Numbered from the stretch's first letter, positions 29,272-39,907 are shown. The stretch: DNA of 64,000 bases from an uncultured Bacteroidota bacterium (GCA_903850915.1 CAINMV010000023.1:51769-115768); one strand, 5' to 3'. The notes: generated by a model not told the origin, from the letters alone. Program-made: numbers and translations.

Positions 29272-31341
29272 TTACTTTACAATTGCAAAAGTCCCTCTGC
29301 GCATCTCCCCGGTTTGAAAATCTTTTACTGTAAACAAATAGAGCCCTTGAGTAATTCCTGTTTTATTCTGACTTAGTAAATCCCAGGCATGCTCACCACC
29401 AGGAAATACTACATTTTTAACTGTACTGAAGTTTTTATACCATCCTATATCATTGCCAACAGCACCACTCCCAGTATCGTGCAAGAGATTCACAACAACA
29501 TCGCCAGCCGCAGTGTAAATAGTAATCTCCGCCTTGGCAGGTAGATTTGTGAAATACATTTTTCGGGTACGAGAGGAACTACCATCCCAAGCTGCATTAA
29601 TAGAATAAGGATTAGGATAAACTCCCACCTCCTTTTCGTCGCTTTTATCGAAAGGGTTTATATCTGTACCCGTAAAAATCTGTTTAGCATCTTCAGTAAA
29701 CGATGACTCTAATGATGGTATTCCAAGCGCCTCATCTCCTTTATCAAATGAAGTAACAACAATCATATATTGCCATCCATTAAGCATATTTTCCAATTTG
29801 TAATGATAATAGTACAATACTGAATCACCTTCAAATTGCATTGGTTGTGATAAACTTATATTGTCGAACCCATTATTAAATCCAATTTTATTGCCAATGG
29901 AATCCCACTGTTGAAGCAACTTTAAATTCTCGAAGAGGTTCCCTTTTTTATCATCACCTGTGTTGGTTCGATAGACACGATACCCTTCAAAATCTTTCTT
30001 TTTGCTAATCGGATCAATGCTTGCCTCTGCCGCTGCATTCCAATATAAATCAATACTCCCATCATGAGTAACAACTTTAACTTTTGGGGTGGCGGGCGGC
30101 TCAGGTAAAATATAATTGTCCAATAAATTATTGGCATTTAAATCTTCTCCCGCATCCAAGGCGCCATTTTCATTTAGGTCCTCGCCTAAATATGTACGTT
30201 TAGCCCACGACAGATGCTCCTCCAACTCTTTACGTGATGATGCATTGTCGATTGGCCCACCAATTTGCTTCGCACATACGAAGGCGCAAACATAGGTAAT
30301 GCTCTCACCGGGTAACATGCTAACCAAAGGGCCTGCACTTAAAAGTTGCGTTTTGTTGGAGGCTACTTTTAATTCATTGTTAACGATACTACTAGTGAAG
30401 TCAAGTCCATTCGCCATCTTATAATAACGACTTGGATCGTCGCCTGGATAAGGAAACTGAGATGTGGCACTTCTATAATCCCAAAAGTTACCATTCACCT
30501 TTGGAGAAGGTAATCCGTTTTTAGAAAACAAGGAATCGTTGTTAGGATGAAAATATTTGCCTCTCCATTTTATACCCAAGAATTGTAATGCCCCATAGCT
30601 TTGTGTGAACAAGATATCATCGCCTAAAACCTCGTAGGCATATAATGCACTATAGTTAGGACTAAAACCACCGCCGCCTTTATTATAAAAAGCAGTGCCC
30701 GTTTCTTGCGTTACATTTACATTGCGAACCACTAAATCACTCCAGTTACCCAACCAAACGCTGTCCCATTTGTTGCTACTGGTATTGGTGATGGTATAAT
30801 TACAGATTACAAAATAATCGGCGAAGCTGTAGTTCCAAGTATATGTTTCAAGGTGTACTTGCGCCCCGAGTGGATTGGTATGCTCTTGTATGGGAATTGT
30901 TGTACCTGGTACAATTACATTTTTGTCCGTGAAATTTGTGATGAAATCTTGATGAGAAATCGCATTTGAACTATAAACATTACTCGATGAGAGCTTAGAC
31001 TTCTCGGTGATACCACCTGATGCTGTAAACTCATAACCAGCGCCACCAGTAGAATATCCACTTGGATTATCGATGGCTGCCGTACTAACAAGGGTTTGTC
31101 CATTTACACGAGCTCCTATCCACAAGCCACTCTCAAAAAGATGCTCAACACCGCTGTTAATAGGATATTCCATAGAAGGTGGTCCGGATGTATTATTTTG
31201 TACATTCGGACGTCCGATAGTTCCCACATTACTAATCATCAAACCAATTTTACCAACATCCGTATAGCGCTGTTGAAAAGTTTGTGCTACAAGCGTTGTG
31301 GTAAAAAAGAAAAGAAAGGGATTAAATAATATTTTTAGCAT
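29272..31341 (-). CDS. Secreted protein with D-x-N-x-N repeats, FN3-like domain and atypical long CTD
   Basis: Signal peptide; EYPINSGVEHLF; GEDLNENGALDAGEDLNANN; DFEGYRVYR; VYPNPY...FTNLP...WDL...GLYLFTV. TATATTTG at 31355-31348. Confidence 0.7.
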   Translation of the reverse strand: MLKILFNPFLFFFTTTLVAQTFQQRYTDVGKIGLMISNVGTIGRPNVQNNTSGPPSMEYPINSGVEHLFESGLWIGARVNGQTLVSTAAIDNPSGYSTGGAGYEFTASGGITEKSKLSSSNVYSSNAISHQDFITNFTDKNVIVPGTTIPIQEHTNPLGAQVHLETYTWNYSFADYFVICNYTITNTSSNKWDSVWLGNWSDLVVRNVNVTQETGTAFYNKGGGGFSPNYSALYAYEVLGDDILFTQSYGALQFLGIKWRGKYFHPNNDSLFSKNGLPSPKVNGNFWDYRSATSQFPYPGDDPSRYYKMANGLDFTSSIVNNELKVASNKTQLLSAGPLVSMLPGESITYVCAFVCAKQIGGPIDNASSRKELEEHLSWAKRTYLGEDLNENGALDAGEDLNANNLLDNYILPEPPATPKVKVVTHDGSIDLYWNAAAEASIDPISKKKDFEGYRVYRTNTGDDKKGNLFENLKLLQQWDSIGNKIGFNNGFDNISLSQPMQFEGDSVLYYYHYKLENMLNGWQYMIVVTSFDKGDEALGIPSLESSFTEDAKQIFTGTDINPFDKSDEKEVGVYPNPYSINAAWDGSSSRTRKMYFTNLPAKAEITIYTAAGDVVVNLLHDTGSGAVGNDIGWYKNFSTVKNVVFPGGEHAWDLLSQNKTGITQGLYLFTVKDFQTGEMRRGTFAIVK

Positions 31342-31514
31342 CGGGAGCAAATATAATTAATTCGTTCAACCTAATTTCTATTATCAAAACAGCTAAATAA
31401 ATGTAAGAAAAGAAATGATTTTAAAAGTTAAATTAATAACGGCACTACCATTGACGCTTTCGGATATATTCTATTAATTTGACGAACTAAAAAACAAGGC
31501 GATTCAAACCTAAG

Positions 31515-31973
31515 ATGAAAGATCAAAAATATAACAACCTAGAAACCGATGTAATTGATGCAAAAGAATCTGATTATCTTTTTATTAAGACATCACAGAT
31601 ACCTTTCACAGAAAGTGGTTTGTATACCGCACTTGCAATTTACAAAAATGAAATAATAGCCATCTTTAAGGGTGAAAGTATAACAAATATTGAGGCGGCA
31701 AAAAGAGCTAAACAAAACCAGAATCATTATTTTGTTTGCCTTCCAGATGGAGGTATGCTAGACTCAATGCATGTTAAATGCTTTGCCAAATATGCGAATG
31801 ATGCTGAAGGATTCACTAAATCGAAGTTTAAAAACAATGCAATAATAACGTTAGATGACAACGACAATCCATGTCTTGTGGCAAAACGAGATATCAAAAA
31901 AGGAGAAGAGGTTTTCTGCGCCTATGGAAAAGAATATTGGAAATCATTTCGTAAAGAAATTAAAAATACTTAA
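31515..31973 (+). CDS. SET-domain protein (putative lysine methyltransferase)
   Basis: SGLYT, FAKYAND, AKRDIKKGEEVFCAYG. Confidence 0.85.
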   Translation: MKDQKYNNLETDVIDAKESDYLFIKTSQIPFTESGLYTALAIYKNEIIAIFKGESITNIEAAKRAKQNQNHYFVCLPDGGMLDSMHVKCFAKYANDAEGFTKSKFKNNAIITLDDNDNPCLVAKRDIKKGEEVFCAYGKEYWKSFRKEIKNT

Positions 31974-32056
31974 CCCAAAATCGAAATTTACATCTTGATT
32001 TCAAACCACATAAAGCAGAACAATTCAATAAATTCTTTGAAGGATACCCAGAAGAA

Positions 32057-33244
32057 ATGACATCGAAAACGAAATTAATTACACGAACTGTATGGATATT
32101 ATCATTGGTGAGTTTATTCACCGATACAGCTAGTGAAATGCTATATCCGGTGATGCCAATATACCTCAAAAGCATAGGATTTTCTATAGTTCTAATAGGC
32201 ATTTTAGAAGGCTTGGCAGAGGCTGTTGCCGGCTTAAGCAAGGGTTATTTTGGAAGTCTATCCGACAGTATGCAACGTCGCGTTCCATTTGTGCAACTTG
32301 GATACAGCCTTAGTGCATTATCAAAACCCATTTTATCTTTTTTTGTTTTTCCGGTATGGGTTTTTTTTGCGCGAACACTCGATAGATTAGGCAAAGGAAT
32401 AAGAACAGGCGCACGTGATGCTATATTATCATCAGAGGCTACAAAAGCCACGAAAGGTTCAATATTTGGATTTCATCGTAGTATGGATACTATAGGAGCA
32501 GTTATTGGCCCAAGCTTTGCATTGCTTTATTTGAACTTTTTCCCTGAACACTATCAGCAATTGTTTTACATTGCGTTTGTTCCAGGTGTGATGGCCATTT
32601 GCGCTTCTTTATTTCTTAAAGAAAAAAAAACAGCAGCTCGCATACCAAAGGCAACCCACAACTTTTTCTCCTTTTTAAATTATTGGAAACAATGCAACTC
32701 CAACTACAAAAAAGTGGTTCTTGGCTTATTGGCATTTGCGCTCTTCAATAGTTCTGATGTGTTTTTATTGCTGAAAGCGAAACAAAGTGGCCTTTCGGAT
32801 AGTATGGTAATTGGAATTTATATTTTTTATAATTTGGTGTATGCTATCGTTGCATTTCCGATCGGCTTACTTGCCGATAAAATTGGACTGAAAAACATTT
32901 TGATATTTGGGCTACTACTATTTTCTTTAGTTTACTTAGGAATCGCATTCGCAAATTCAACTATAGTATATTTAATACTATTTCTACTTTATGGAATTTA
33001 TGCAGCAGCCACCGAAGGCATCTCTAAAGCCATCATAAGCAACATTTCTAACCCAACGGAAACAGCAACTGCGATTGGAACCTTCGCAGCATTTCAAAGT
33101 ATTTGTGCATTAATGGCGAGTTTGATAGCTGGTATATTGTGGTTTGAATTTGGAATTCCTGTTACCTTTATTGTTACAGGAATTGCTACATTATTCGTAA
33201 TATTTTATTTTATTTTTATGGACATTAAAACAAGTCCAAAATAA
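32057..33244 (+). CDS. MFS transporter
   Basis: About 12 TM segments; GSLSDSMQRR, DRLGKGIR, GLLADKIG. Confidence 0.92.
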   Translation: MTSKTKLITRTVWILSLVSLFTDTASEMLYPVMPIYLKSIGFSIVLIGILEGLAEAVAGLSKGYFGSLSDSMQRRVPFVQLGYSLSALSKPILSFFVFPVWVFFARTLDRLGKGIRTGARDAILSSEATKATKGSIFGFHRSMDTIGAVIGPSFALLYLNFFPEHYQQLFYIAFVPGVMAICASLFLKEKKTAARIPKATHNFFSFLNYWKQCNSNYKKVVLGLLAFALFNSSDVFLLLKAKQSGLSDSMVIGIYIFYNLVYAIVAFPIGLLADKIGLKNILIFGLLLFSLVYLGIAFANSTIVYLILFLLYGIYAAATEGISKAIISNISNPTETATAIGTFAAFQSICALMASLIAGILWFEFGIPVTFIVTGIATLFVIFYFIFMDIKTSPK

Positions 33245-33375
33245 ATATAATTTTGTCGACATGAAAAGAAATTTAAAATTAGCACTAAGTTTGGTTAAAT
33301 ACGATTTTATATGCTACGTTTGGTAGATAAAAAAATGTTATTACGTAACTAAATTAAAAACAATTTATCTAAAAT

Positions 33376-33825
33376 TAAATTACAATAAGAAAATTCATCG
33401 AAAATGTAAATCTAGAATATGGCGCGGCACTTTTAGCGTCATCAAAGCAACCTCAAGAAGTCAGGTTTTGAGGAACAAATACCGAAAGCAAAAAAATTAA
33501 CTTAGCACTTTGCGGCCTGGGACAATATGAACTATCTCGCAAAGGGAATTGAGATTTCACATATAAACTTTTTGCAACGGCTGATAATGGTAATTTTCAA
33601 TTATCCTCTAATCTTTAATATGGACCATATCAATTAAAATCCTCTCAAGGGGCAATTTCATTCCCTAATATCAACAAGCAAGTCAATTGGATGGGATGGG
33701 AAAATTACTGCTTGAAAAAGCACCTTGCCTTTCCACATAATTGGAGAAGAAAGAATTAAGACTTAAAAATCATTGATGCCATTTACCGAGCAGCAGAGTC
33801 AGGAAAGGCCGTTACTTTAAAATAA
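33376..33825 (+). pseudogene. Decayed Gfo/Idh/MocA (glucose-fructose oxidoreductase-like) gene
   Basis: Fragments RKFI (Tat remnant), KKINLALCGLGQY, LFATADNGNFQLS and KDLKIIDAIYRAAESGKAVTLK*, with stops, frameshifts and a large internal deletion. Confidence 0.8.
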
Positions 33826-34010
33826 ATAGGCCTTGTTTACATTTTAAATATCCAAAATATTTGATCGTAATTCATTAATAAATGTAAAAAACACCAGTTA
33901 TATTTCCACTAAAAAGCAAAACTCAAAAAAACTGAAGGATATATCACATTAAACAAAAACACTATCTTTGAGATTCAAATACATTAACATTGAAGTAAAG
34001 AACCTTTGCC

Positions 34011-34712
34011 ATGGATTCTAGTCGCACAATTGTTTTTTTTGCCGGTAGAGATAATTGGGAAAAAGACCAAGAATTAAATCAAATTATAGTTAAATTTCTA
34101 GTCGAAAATAACATTGAGATTCGGTGGGAAGATCCGGCTGAAAATCTTTTATTTAAATTTCGATTTCTAGAAAAGCACTTTAATTGGCTACCTCCATTTT
34201 TAAAAAGAAATCGACGTAAAATAGTCCAGTTAACTTATGGTATATTCAATTGGTCTTATTTAAATTACTATTTTAACTTCTACTATAATAATTATAGCGG
34301 TAAATCAAACAAAACTATTGACTTTAGAACGAAAAAACTGAAAGAAAGTGTTCTCAATTTAGGAAATAAGAAAGATATAATAGTTCTTGCAAGATCATCG
34401 GGAGGCAGATTTATTTCAAGTGTCGCCGATGAATTAAAATTAAAACAAATTATTTGCCTTGGCTATCCATTTAAACATACTAAAATGCCGGATGAGCCAT
34501 CTCGATATTTGCACTTAAGAAATTTAAAAACGCCAATGTTAATTATTCAAGGTGAACACGATGAATACGGAGGCATCGAAAGTAAGGATAAGTATGAGTT
34601 AAGTTCAAAAGTAAAACTTGAATTTATTAATACCGACCATGATTTCAATATCAATATTGATACCTGGAATTACGTATTAAATAGAATCAAGGATATTATC
34701 TTTTTAAATTAA
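34011..34712 (+). CDS. Alpha/beta hydrolase (KANL3/Tex30-like)
   Basis: ARSSGGR nucleophile elbow, ICLGYPF, LIIQGEHD, DHD. Confidence 0.8.
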   Translation: MDSSRTIVFFAGRDNWEKDQELNQIIVKFLVENNIEIRWEDPAENLLFKFRFLEKHFNWLPPFLKRNRRKIVQLTYGIFNWSYLNYYFNFYYNNYSGKSNKTIDFRTKKLKESVLNLGNKKDIIVLARSSGGRFISSVADELKLKQIICLGYPFKHTKMPDEPSRYLHLRNLKTPMLIIQGEHDEYGGIESKDKYELSSKVKLEFINTDHDFNINIDTWNYVLNRIKDIIFLN

Positions 34713-34824
34713 AAAAACTATACGATTACCCTTTCATGATAAGTCATTTCTAAAGATTAATTAACTTTGACAAACAAAAATCATTCGCTAACTTTCCAAC
34801 TTTAACAGAAGCCATAAAATACAA

Positions 34825-35754
34825 ATGCAAACAATATTTGGGGCAGGTGGCGCAATAGCTATACCTTTAGCGAAATCGCTAAATAAATATACCGATAACA
34901 TTCGTCTGGTAAGCAGAAACCCAAAGAAGGTTAATAGCACAGACAAGCTTTTTCAAGCGGATTTAAATGATCTATCATTAATAGATAGTGCCGTGGCTGG
35001 AAGTGATATTATTTATGTGGTTATTGGCTTTGAATACAAACTCAGTGTTTGGCAAAAAACATGGCCCACCTTCATGCACGCCGTTATTCAAGCATGTAAA
35101 AAACATAATGCTAAACTTGTCTTTTTTGACAATGTGTATATGTATGGAAAATCTCAAATACCATACATGAGCGAGAATGCTAGAATTGAAATTGCAAGCA
35201 AGAAAGGTGAAGTACGCAAGCACCTTCACGACATGATAATGGAGGAGGTAAAGAATGGAAAATTAACCGCCCTGATTGCTAGGTCGGCTGATTTTTATGG
35301 CCCTGACAATAAAAATAGTGCATTAAATATGATGGTGTTGAACAATTTCATGAAAGGCAAAAAGGCACAAGCCTTTGGCAACATTAATAAAATACATACC
35401 TACACCTATACTCCCGATGCAGCAATGGCGACCGCTTTACTCGGAAATACCGCCGATGCGTACAATCAAGTTTGGCATGTTCCAACCACAAAGGAAAAGC
35501 TAACCAACAAAGACTGGATTCAATTAATTGCTAGTGAGTTAAAAGTAAAATCGAAAATTCAAAATGTGCCAACTTGGCTATTGCACGTCCTTGGAATCTT
35601 TAGCCCAATGATGAGAGAATTTCCTGAGATGTTGTATCAGTTCGAACAAGATTACGTTTTTGATAGTTCGAAATTTGAAAACCGTTTTGGAATATACGCC
35701 ACATCACCTATTGATGGGATAAAAGCACTAATAGAAAGCTACAAGAAGAAATAA
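34825..35754 (+). CDS. NAD-dependent epimerase/dehydratase family protein
   Basis: GAGGAI Rossmann motif, DNVYMYG, ADFYGP. Confidence 0.9.
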   Translation: MQTIFGAGGAIAIPLAKSLNKYTDNIRLVSRNPKKVNSTDKLFQADLNDLSLIDSAVAGSDIIYVVIGFEYKLSVWQKTWPTFMHAVIQACKKHNAKLVFFDNVYMYGKSQIPYMSENARIEIASKKGEVRKHLHDMIMEEVKNGKLTALIARSADFYGPDNKNSALNMMVLNNFMKGKKAQAFGNINKIHTYTYTPDAAMATALLGNTADAYNQVWHVPTTKEKLTNKDWIQLIASELKVKSKIQNVPTWLLHVLGIFSPMMREFPEMLYQFEQDYVFDSSKFENRFGIYATSPIDGIKALIESYKKK

Positions 35755-35760
35755 AAAGCC

Positions 35761-37074
35761 ATGAAACAATTATTCACCATATTAACTTTTACTTTCCTTT
35801 TTTCAATCGCGAAAGCACAATTACCTAATCCAGCATTAATTGGCTATTGGCACAATTGGAATGACGCTAATGCGCCCTATATTTCGTTAGATGCCATAGA
35901 CAATCGCTATAATGTAATTGCAGTAGCCTTTGCAGTTCCTGTATCTCCATCGGATATGACTATGCTATTTACGCCTGACGTTATTACAACGAGTGTATTC
36001 AAAAGCAAAGTGCAAGCGCTTCAAAATAAGGGTAAGAAAGTGCTCTTAAGTATCGGAGGAGCCAATGCTAGTATAGATCTGACCTCAACGGCAAATAAAA
36101 ATGCGTTTATAAGTTCCATATCATCATTGGTCAATACCTATGGCTTTGATGGCATTGATATTGATATTGAAAACGGTAATTCGATATTAATTACTGGTGG
36201 CTCCATGGCGGCTCCTACCAATGTTGCTCAAATTAATTTAATAGAAGCCATCAAACAAATTATGGTAAATTATCGAACAAGCCATTCAAATAAACTCCTA
36301 CTCTCAATAACACCTGAAACCGCCTATGTGCAAGGTGGCCAATCTGCATTTGGAAGTATTTGGGGAGGATATCTTCCAATTATTTCAGCTTTACGCGATT
36401 CATTGGACATGGTTCAAGTGCAACTTTATAACAGTGGAACCATGTATGGTATCGACAATAAAATTTATGCTCAAGGCACTGCCGACTTCATTATTGCTAT
36501 GACCGAAGCTGTGATTCATGGCTTTAGTACTTCTGGAGGTTCGTTTGTAGGATTGCCTGCAAGCAAAGTAGTTGTAGGCTTACCTGCATGTAACTTAGCT
36601 GCAGGAGGAGGCTATGTAAATCCAGACACATTATTCGCAGCGGTAAATTACTTAACTGGCGTTGGAATTCAGCCTGGTTCATACAAATTATCAAATACCA
36701 ACGGATATAAAACGCTAAGAGGATTAATGACATGGTCAATAAATTGGGATGCGGTAAGTACCTGTGCTACGTCTAATCAGTTTGCCGCTAACTTCGAGAG
36801 GATTTATGGTAAGTCGTCATTTATAAAAAACGCCGAATCGTCAACTTTATTTTCAGTATTTCCTAATCCGACTCATGGAAATATAACCTTGTCATTAAAT
36901 TCAGAAAACACCTTGATAACAATTACTGATGTTCTTGGCAGAGAAGTTTTGAAAACCATAGCCTCGGAAAAACAATTAAATTTAAACTTAAAAAACAACG
37001 GAGTTTATACCATTTGTATAAAAACTGAGCAAGGTATTGCTATAAAAAAAATACTTGTAAACCAACAAAATTGA
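35761..37074 (+). CDS. GH18 chitinase with T9SS CTD
   Basis: GYWHNW, SIGG, catalytic FDGIDIDIE, MTWSINWD; CTD VFPNP. Confidence 0.92.
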   Translation: MKQLFTILTFTFLFSIAKAQLPNPALIGYWHNWNDANAPYISLDAIDNRYNVIAVAFAVPVSPSDMTMLFTPDVITTSVFKSKVQALQNKGKKVLLSIGGANASIDLTSTANKNAFISSISSLVNTYGFDGIDIDIENGNSILITGGSMAAPTNVAQINLIEAIKQIMVNYRTSHSNKLLLSITPETAYVQGGQSAFGSIWGGYLPIISALRDSLDMVQVQLYNSGTMYGIDNKIYAQGTADFIIAMTEAVIHGFSTSGGSFVGLPASKVVVGLPACNLAAGGGYVNPDTLFAAVNYLTGVGIQPGSYKLSNTNGYKTLRGLMTWSINWDAVSTCATSNQFAANFERIYGKSSFIKNAESSTLFSVFPNPTHGNITLSLNSENTLITITDVLGREVLKTIASEKQLNLNLKNNGVYTICIKTEQGIAIKKILVNQQN

Positions 37075-37184
37075 GGTAAACAAGCAATTCGTTTCCAATA
37101 CCAATATTAATGCCACTCAATATAAAAATTAAGCAGCAAGATTTTCAGCAGATGAATGGTGAAAACCATCAAATCAAAATTCCA

Positions 37185-38495
37185 ATGAAACGGTTATTAA
37201 CTTCAATATTACTGTTCTTCACTTTAGTTGCCAATATCAAAGGCCAAAGCCTGTATTTTCCACCACTGAACAATGCACTTAATTGGGACACAATTTCACC
37301 ATCAACTTTAGGTTGGTGTGAGAATAAAATAGATACGCTTTTTGATTATCTTAATAAACAAGACACAAAAGGTTTTATCGTTTTAAAGGATGGAAAAATA
37401 GCGATTGAAAAATACTTTGGCACCTTCACCAAAGACAGCTTATGGTATTGGGCTTCTGCAGGCAAAACAATTACATCATTCTTGGTTGGGAAAGCACAAG
37501 AGGAAAAATATCTTTCGATTTACGATACTACCTCAAAATTTCTAGGTATAGGCTGGACCAATTGCACCAAATTACAAGAAGATAAAATTAATATTAGAAA
37601 TCAAATCACCATGACCACAGGCCTTGATGATGGCATTACTGATAATCATTGCACTGCCGACTCGTGTTTGAAATTTTTAACTAGTTCAGGATCCCGCTGG
37701 GCCTATCATAATGCACCTTATACCCTATTAGAAAAGGTTTTAGAAAATGCAACTGGTACTTCAGTAAACAATTACACGCAGTTAAAATTAAAATCAAAAA
37801 CGGGGATTAATGGCTTATGGATTACAAGTGGATACGACAATGTGTTTTATAGTAAAGCTAGAGCTATGGCCCGATTTGGACTCTTAATTCAGAATAATTG
37901 CGTGTGGCTAAACGACACTTTGCTTTATGATAAAGCATACCTAAATCAAATGACGAACACGTCCCAAAATTTAAATCTTTCGTATGGCTATTTATGGTGG
38001 CTTAATGGCAAACCATCCTACATGCTTCCGGGCACGCAATTTGTGTTCCCGGGTTCTTATGCACCAGCAGCCCCAACCGATATGTTTGCAGCACTAGGAA
38101 AAAATGGTCAAATAATTAGCGTGGCGAAAAGCTTGGGATTGGTGGTTATTAGAATTGGAAATCAATTGGACGCGGCAGATGTAACGCCAAAATTGTGCAA
38201 CAACATATGGGAAAAACTAAACGCCGTGATGTGTATTTCTGCGGGAGTAAACTCAACCCAAGGAAAAGAAGTAAGAATTAACATTTATCCAAATCCAGCC
38301 AATACTGAATTAAATATTTCAATGCATAACGATGAAGATTTTCAAGTTGAAATTCATGACTTACTTGGTGAAACAATATTGAAAGCAGCTAATAAACCGA
38401 TAATCGATCTTTCGAATTACAAAAGAGGAGTTTATTTTATTACAATTTCTCAAGGAAGTTTAAAAATCACACAGAAGTTCACAAAAACCTTATAA
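37185..38495 (+). CDS. Serine hydrolase (class C beta-lactamase/esterase fold) with T9SS CTD
   Basis: SxxK (SAGK), YxN (YHN), YGYLWW, ALG; CTD IYPNP; signal peptide from MKRLL. Confidence 0.88.
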   Translation: MKRLLTSILLFFTLVANIKGQSLYFPPLNNALNWDTISPSTLGWCENKIDTLFDYLNKQDTKGFIVLKDGKIAIEKYFGTFTKDSLWYWASAGKTITSFLVGKAQEEKYLSIYDTTSKFLGIGWTNCTKLQEDKINIRNQITMTTGLDDGITDNHCTADSCLKFLTSSGSRWAYHNAPYTLLEKVLENATGTSVNNYTQLKLKSKTGINGLWITSGYDNVFYSKARAMARFGLLIQNNCVWLNDTLLYDKAYLNQMTNTSQNLNLSYGYLWWLNGKPSYMLPGTQFVFPGSYAPAAPTDMFAALGKNGQIISVAKSLGLVVIRIGNQLDAADVTPKLCNNIWEKLNAVMCISAGVNSTQGKEVRINIYPNPANTELNISMHNDEDFQVEIHDLLGETILKAANKPIIDLSNYKRGVYFITISQGSLKITQKFTKTL

Positions 38496-38739
38496 TTCTT
38501 TCATCATAATTAAGTTCGGAAATCTTATATTTTAGAGCAAACAAAACATTATTGAAGGTTAAATTACGAATTAGTTCAAAATTTAAATTATACTTATTAA
38601 ATTCAATCGAAATCCTACTATAAGTAAATTGAAATAACACTTTTGTTTTAATTTGCAGTAAAACAAGAATAAAAATAGGGGTGAAAAGTATTCTTAAAAA
38701 TTTAACTTTTAAAAATAATCCTAAGATAAAATAAAATAT

Positions 38740-39297
38740 ATGGGGAAAATAAAATCGCTTTCACCTGACAACAGTGCACTAATTCTTGAAACATTAAAAC
38801 ATCGTTTTGAGAAAAATAGGATTAGACACCAAGAAATGAATTGGGATGTTATTGAAAAAAGACTACAAATAATGCCTGAAAAGCTTTGGACTCTCCATGA
38901 GATGGAAAAAACAGGAGGCGAACCGGATGTAATTGAAAAGGATAACGACATTTATGTTTTTTACGATTGTGCTGCAGAAAGTCCGATTGGTCGAAGAAGC
39001 CTATGCTATGATAGAGCAAGCCTTGATGCAAGAAAAGAGAATAAACCAAAGCATAACGCTATTGAGATGGCTGCTGAGATGGGTATCGAACTTTTAACGG
39101 AACAACAATATCGCAAATTGCAACTGGCAGGCAACTTCGATACGAAAACATCGAGCTGGATTTTAACACCCGATGAAATTCGAAAATTAGACGGCGCTTT
39201 ATTTTGTGACCGCAGATACAATAACGTTTTTGTTTACCATAATGGCGCATCGTCCTATTATGCAGCGCGTGGATTTAGAGGCATATTACGTGTTTGA
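38740..39297 (+). CDS. DUF4256 family protein
   Basis: MEKTGGEPDV, ESPIGRRSLCYD, GASSYYAARGFRG. Confidence 0.85.
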   Translation: MGKIKSLSPDNSALILETLKHRFEKNRIRHQEMNWDVIEKRLQIMPEKLWTLHEMEKTGGEPDVIEKDNDIYVFYDCAAESPIGRRSLCYDRASLDARKENKPKHNAIEMAAEMGIELLTEQQYRKLQLAGNFDTKTSSWILTPDEIRKLDGALFCDRRYNNVFVYHNGASSYYAARGFRGILRV

Positions 39298-39316
39298 AAA
39301 ATTTAAATAATTCTAA

Positions 39317-39907
39317 ATGAAAAACAAAGAAAACCCTGAAGTGAACTTCTTTTTTAACAAGGATTCGAAATGGCAAGAAGCATATAATTTATTGCGAGAA
39401 ATAGCACTAGCCTGCCAATTAAAGGAAGAATTAAAATGGGGAGTCCCATGTTATTCTCATAACAAAAGTAATATAGTTTTAATTCACGGTTTTAAAGAAT
39501 ATTGTGCTCTTCTATTTCATAAAGGCTCCTTGTTAATCGACAAGCATGGGATTTTAATTCAACAAACAAAGAACGTTCAAGCTGGTCGACAGATTCGTTT
39601 TACAAATGTCGAAGAAATCGAGGCAAGTCGCAATGTTTTAAAATCGTATATTGAGCAGGCTATCGAAATTGAAAAAGCGGGATTGAAGATTGAATTTAAA
39701 AAGACAGCTGCATTTGATATGCCTGTCGAGTTTCAAATTGCATTAGAAAAATCCAAGCCATTAAACGACGCATTCTATAAATTAACTCCTGGCCGACAAA
39801 GAGCCTACATTTTTTATTTCTCAACACCCAAGCAATCTAAAACTAGAGAATCAAGAGTTCTGAATTCAGTACCTAATATTTTGGCTGGTAAGGGAATTAA
39901 TGACTAA
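39317..39907 (+). CDS. YdeI/OmpD-associated family protein (DUF1801 + OmdA domain)
   Basis: EELKWGVPCY, LLFHKG, LTPGRQRAY, KQSKTRESR. Confidence 0.88.
   Translation: MKNKENPEVNFFFNKDSKWQEAYNLLREIALACQLKEELKWGVPCYSHNKSNIVLIHGFKEYCALLFHKGSLLIDKHGILIQQTKNVQAGRQIRFTNVEEIEASRNVLKSYIEQAIEIEKAGLKIEFKKTAAFDMPVEFQIALEKSKPLNDAFYKLTPGRQRAYIFYFSTPKQSKTRESRVLNSVPNILAGKGIND

Noticed and set aside
31964-32056. Open frame upstream of and in frame with the MFS gene (LHLDFKPHKAEQFNKFFEGYPEE)
   Set aside because: No start codon after the upstream stop and no recognisable family. Possibly a gene remnant, but unsupported.
37185-38495. Antibiotic-resistance beta-lactamase
   Set aside because: The SxxK/YxN fold is shared with esterases and peptidases; the KTG motif is absent.
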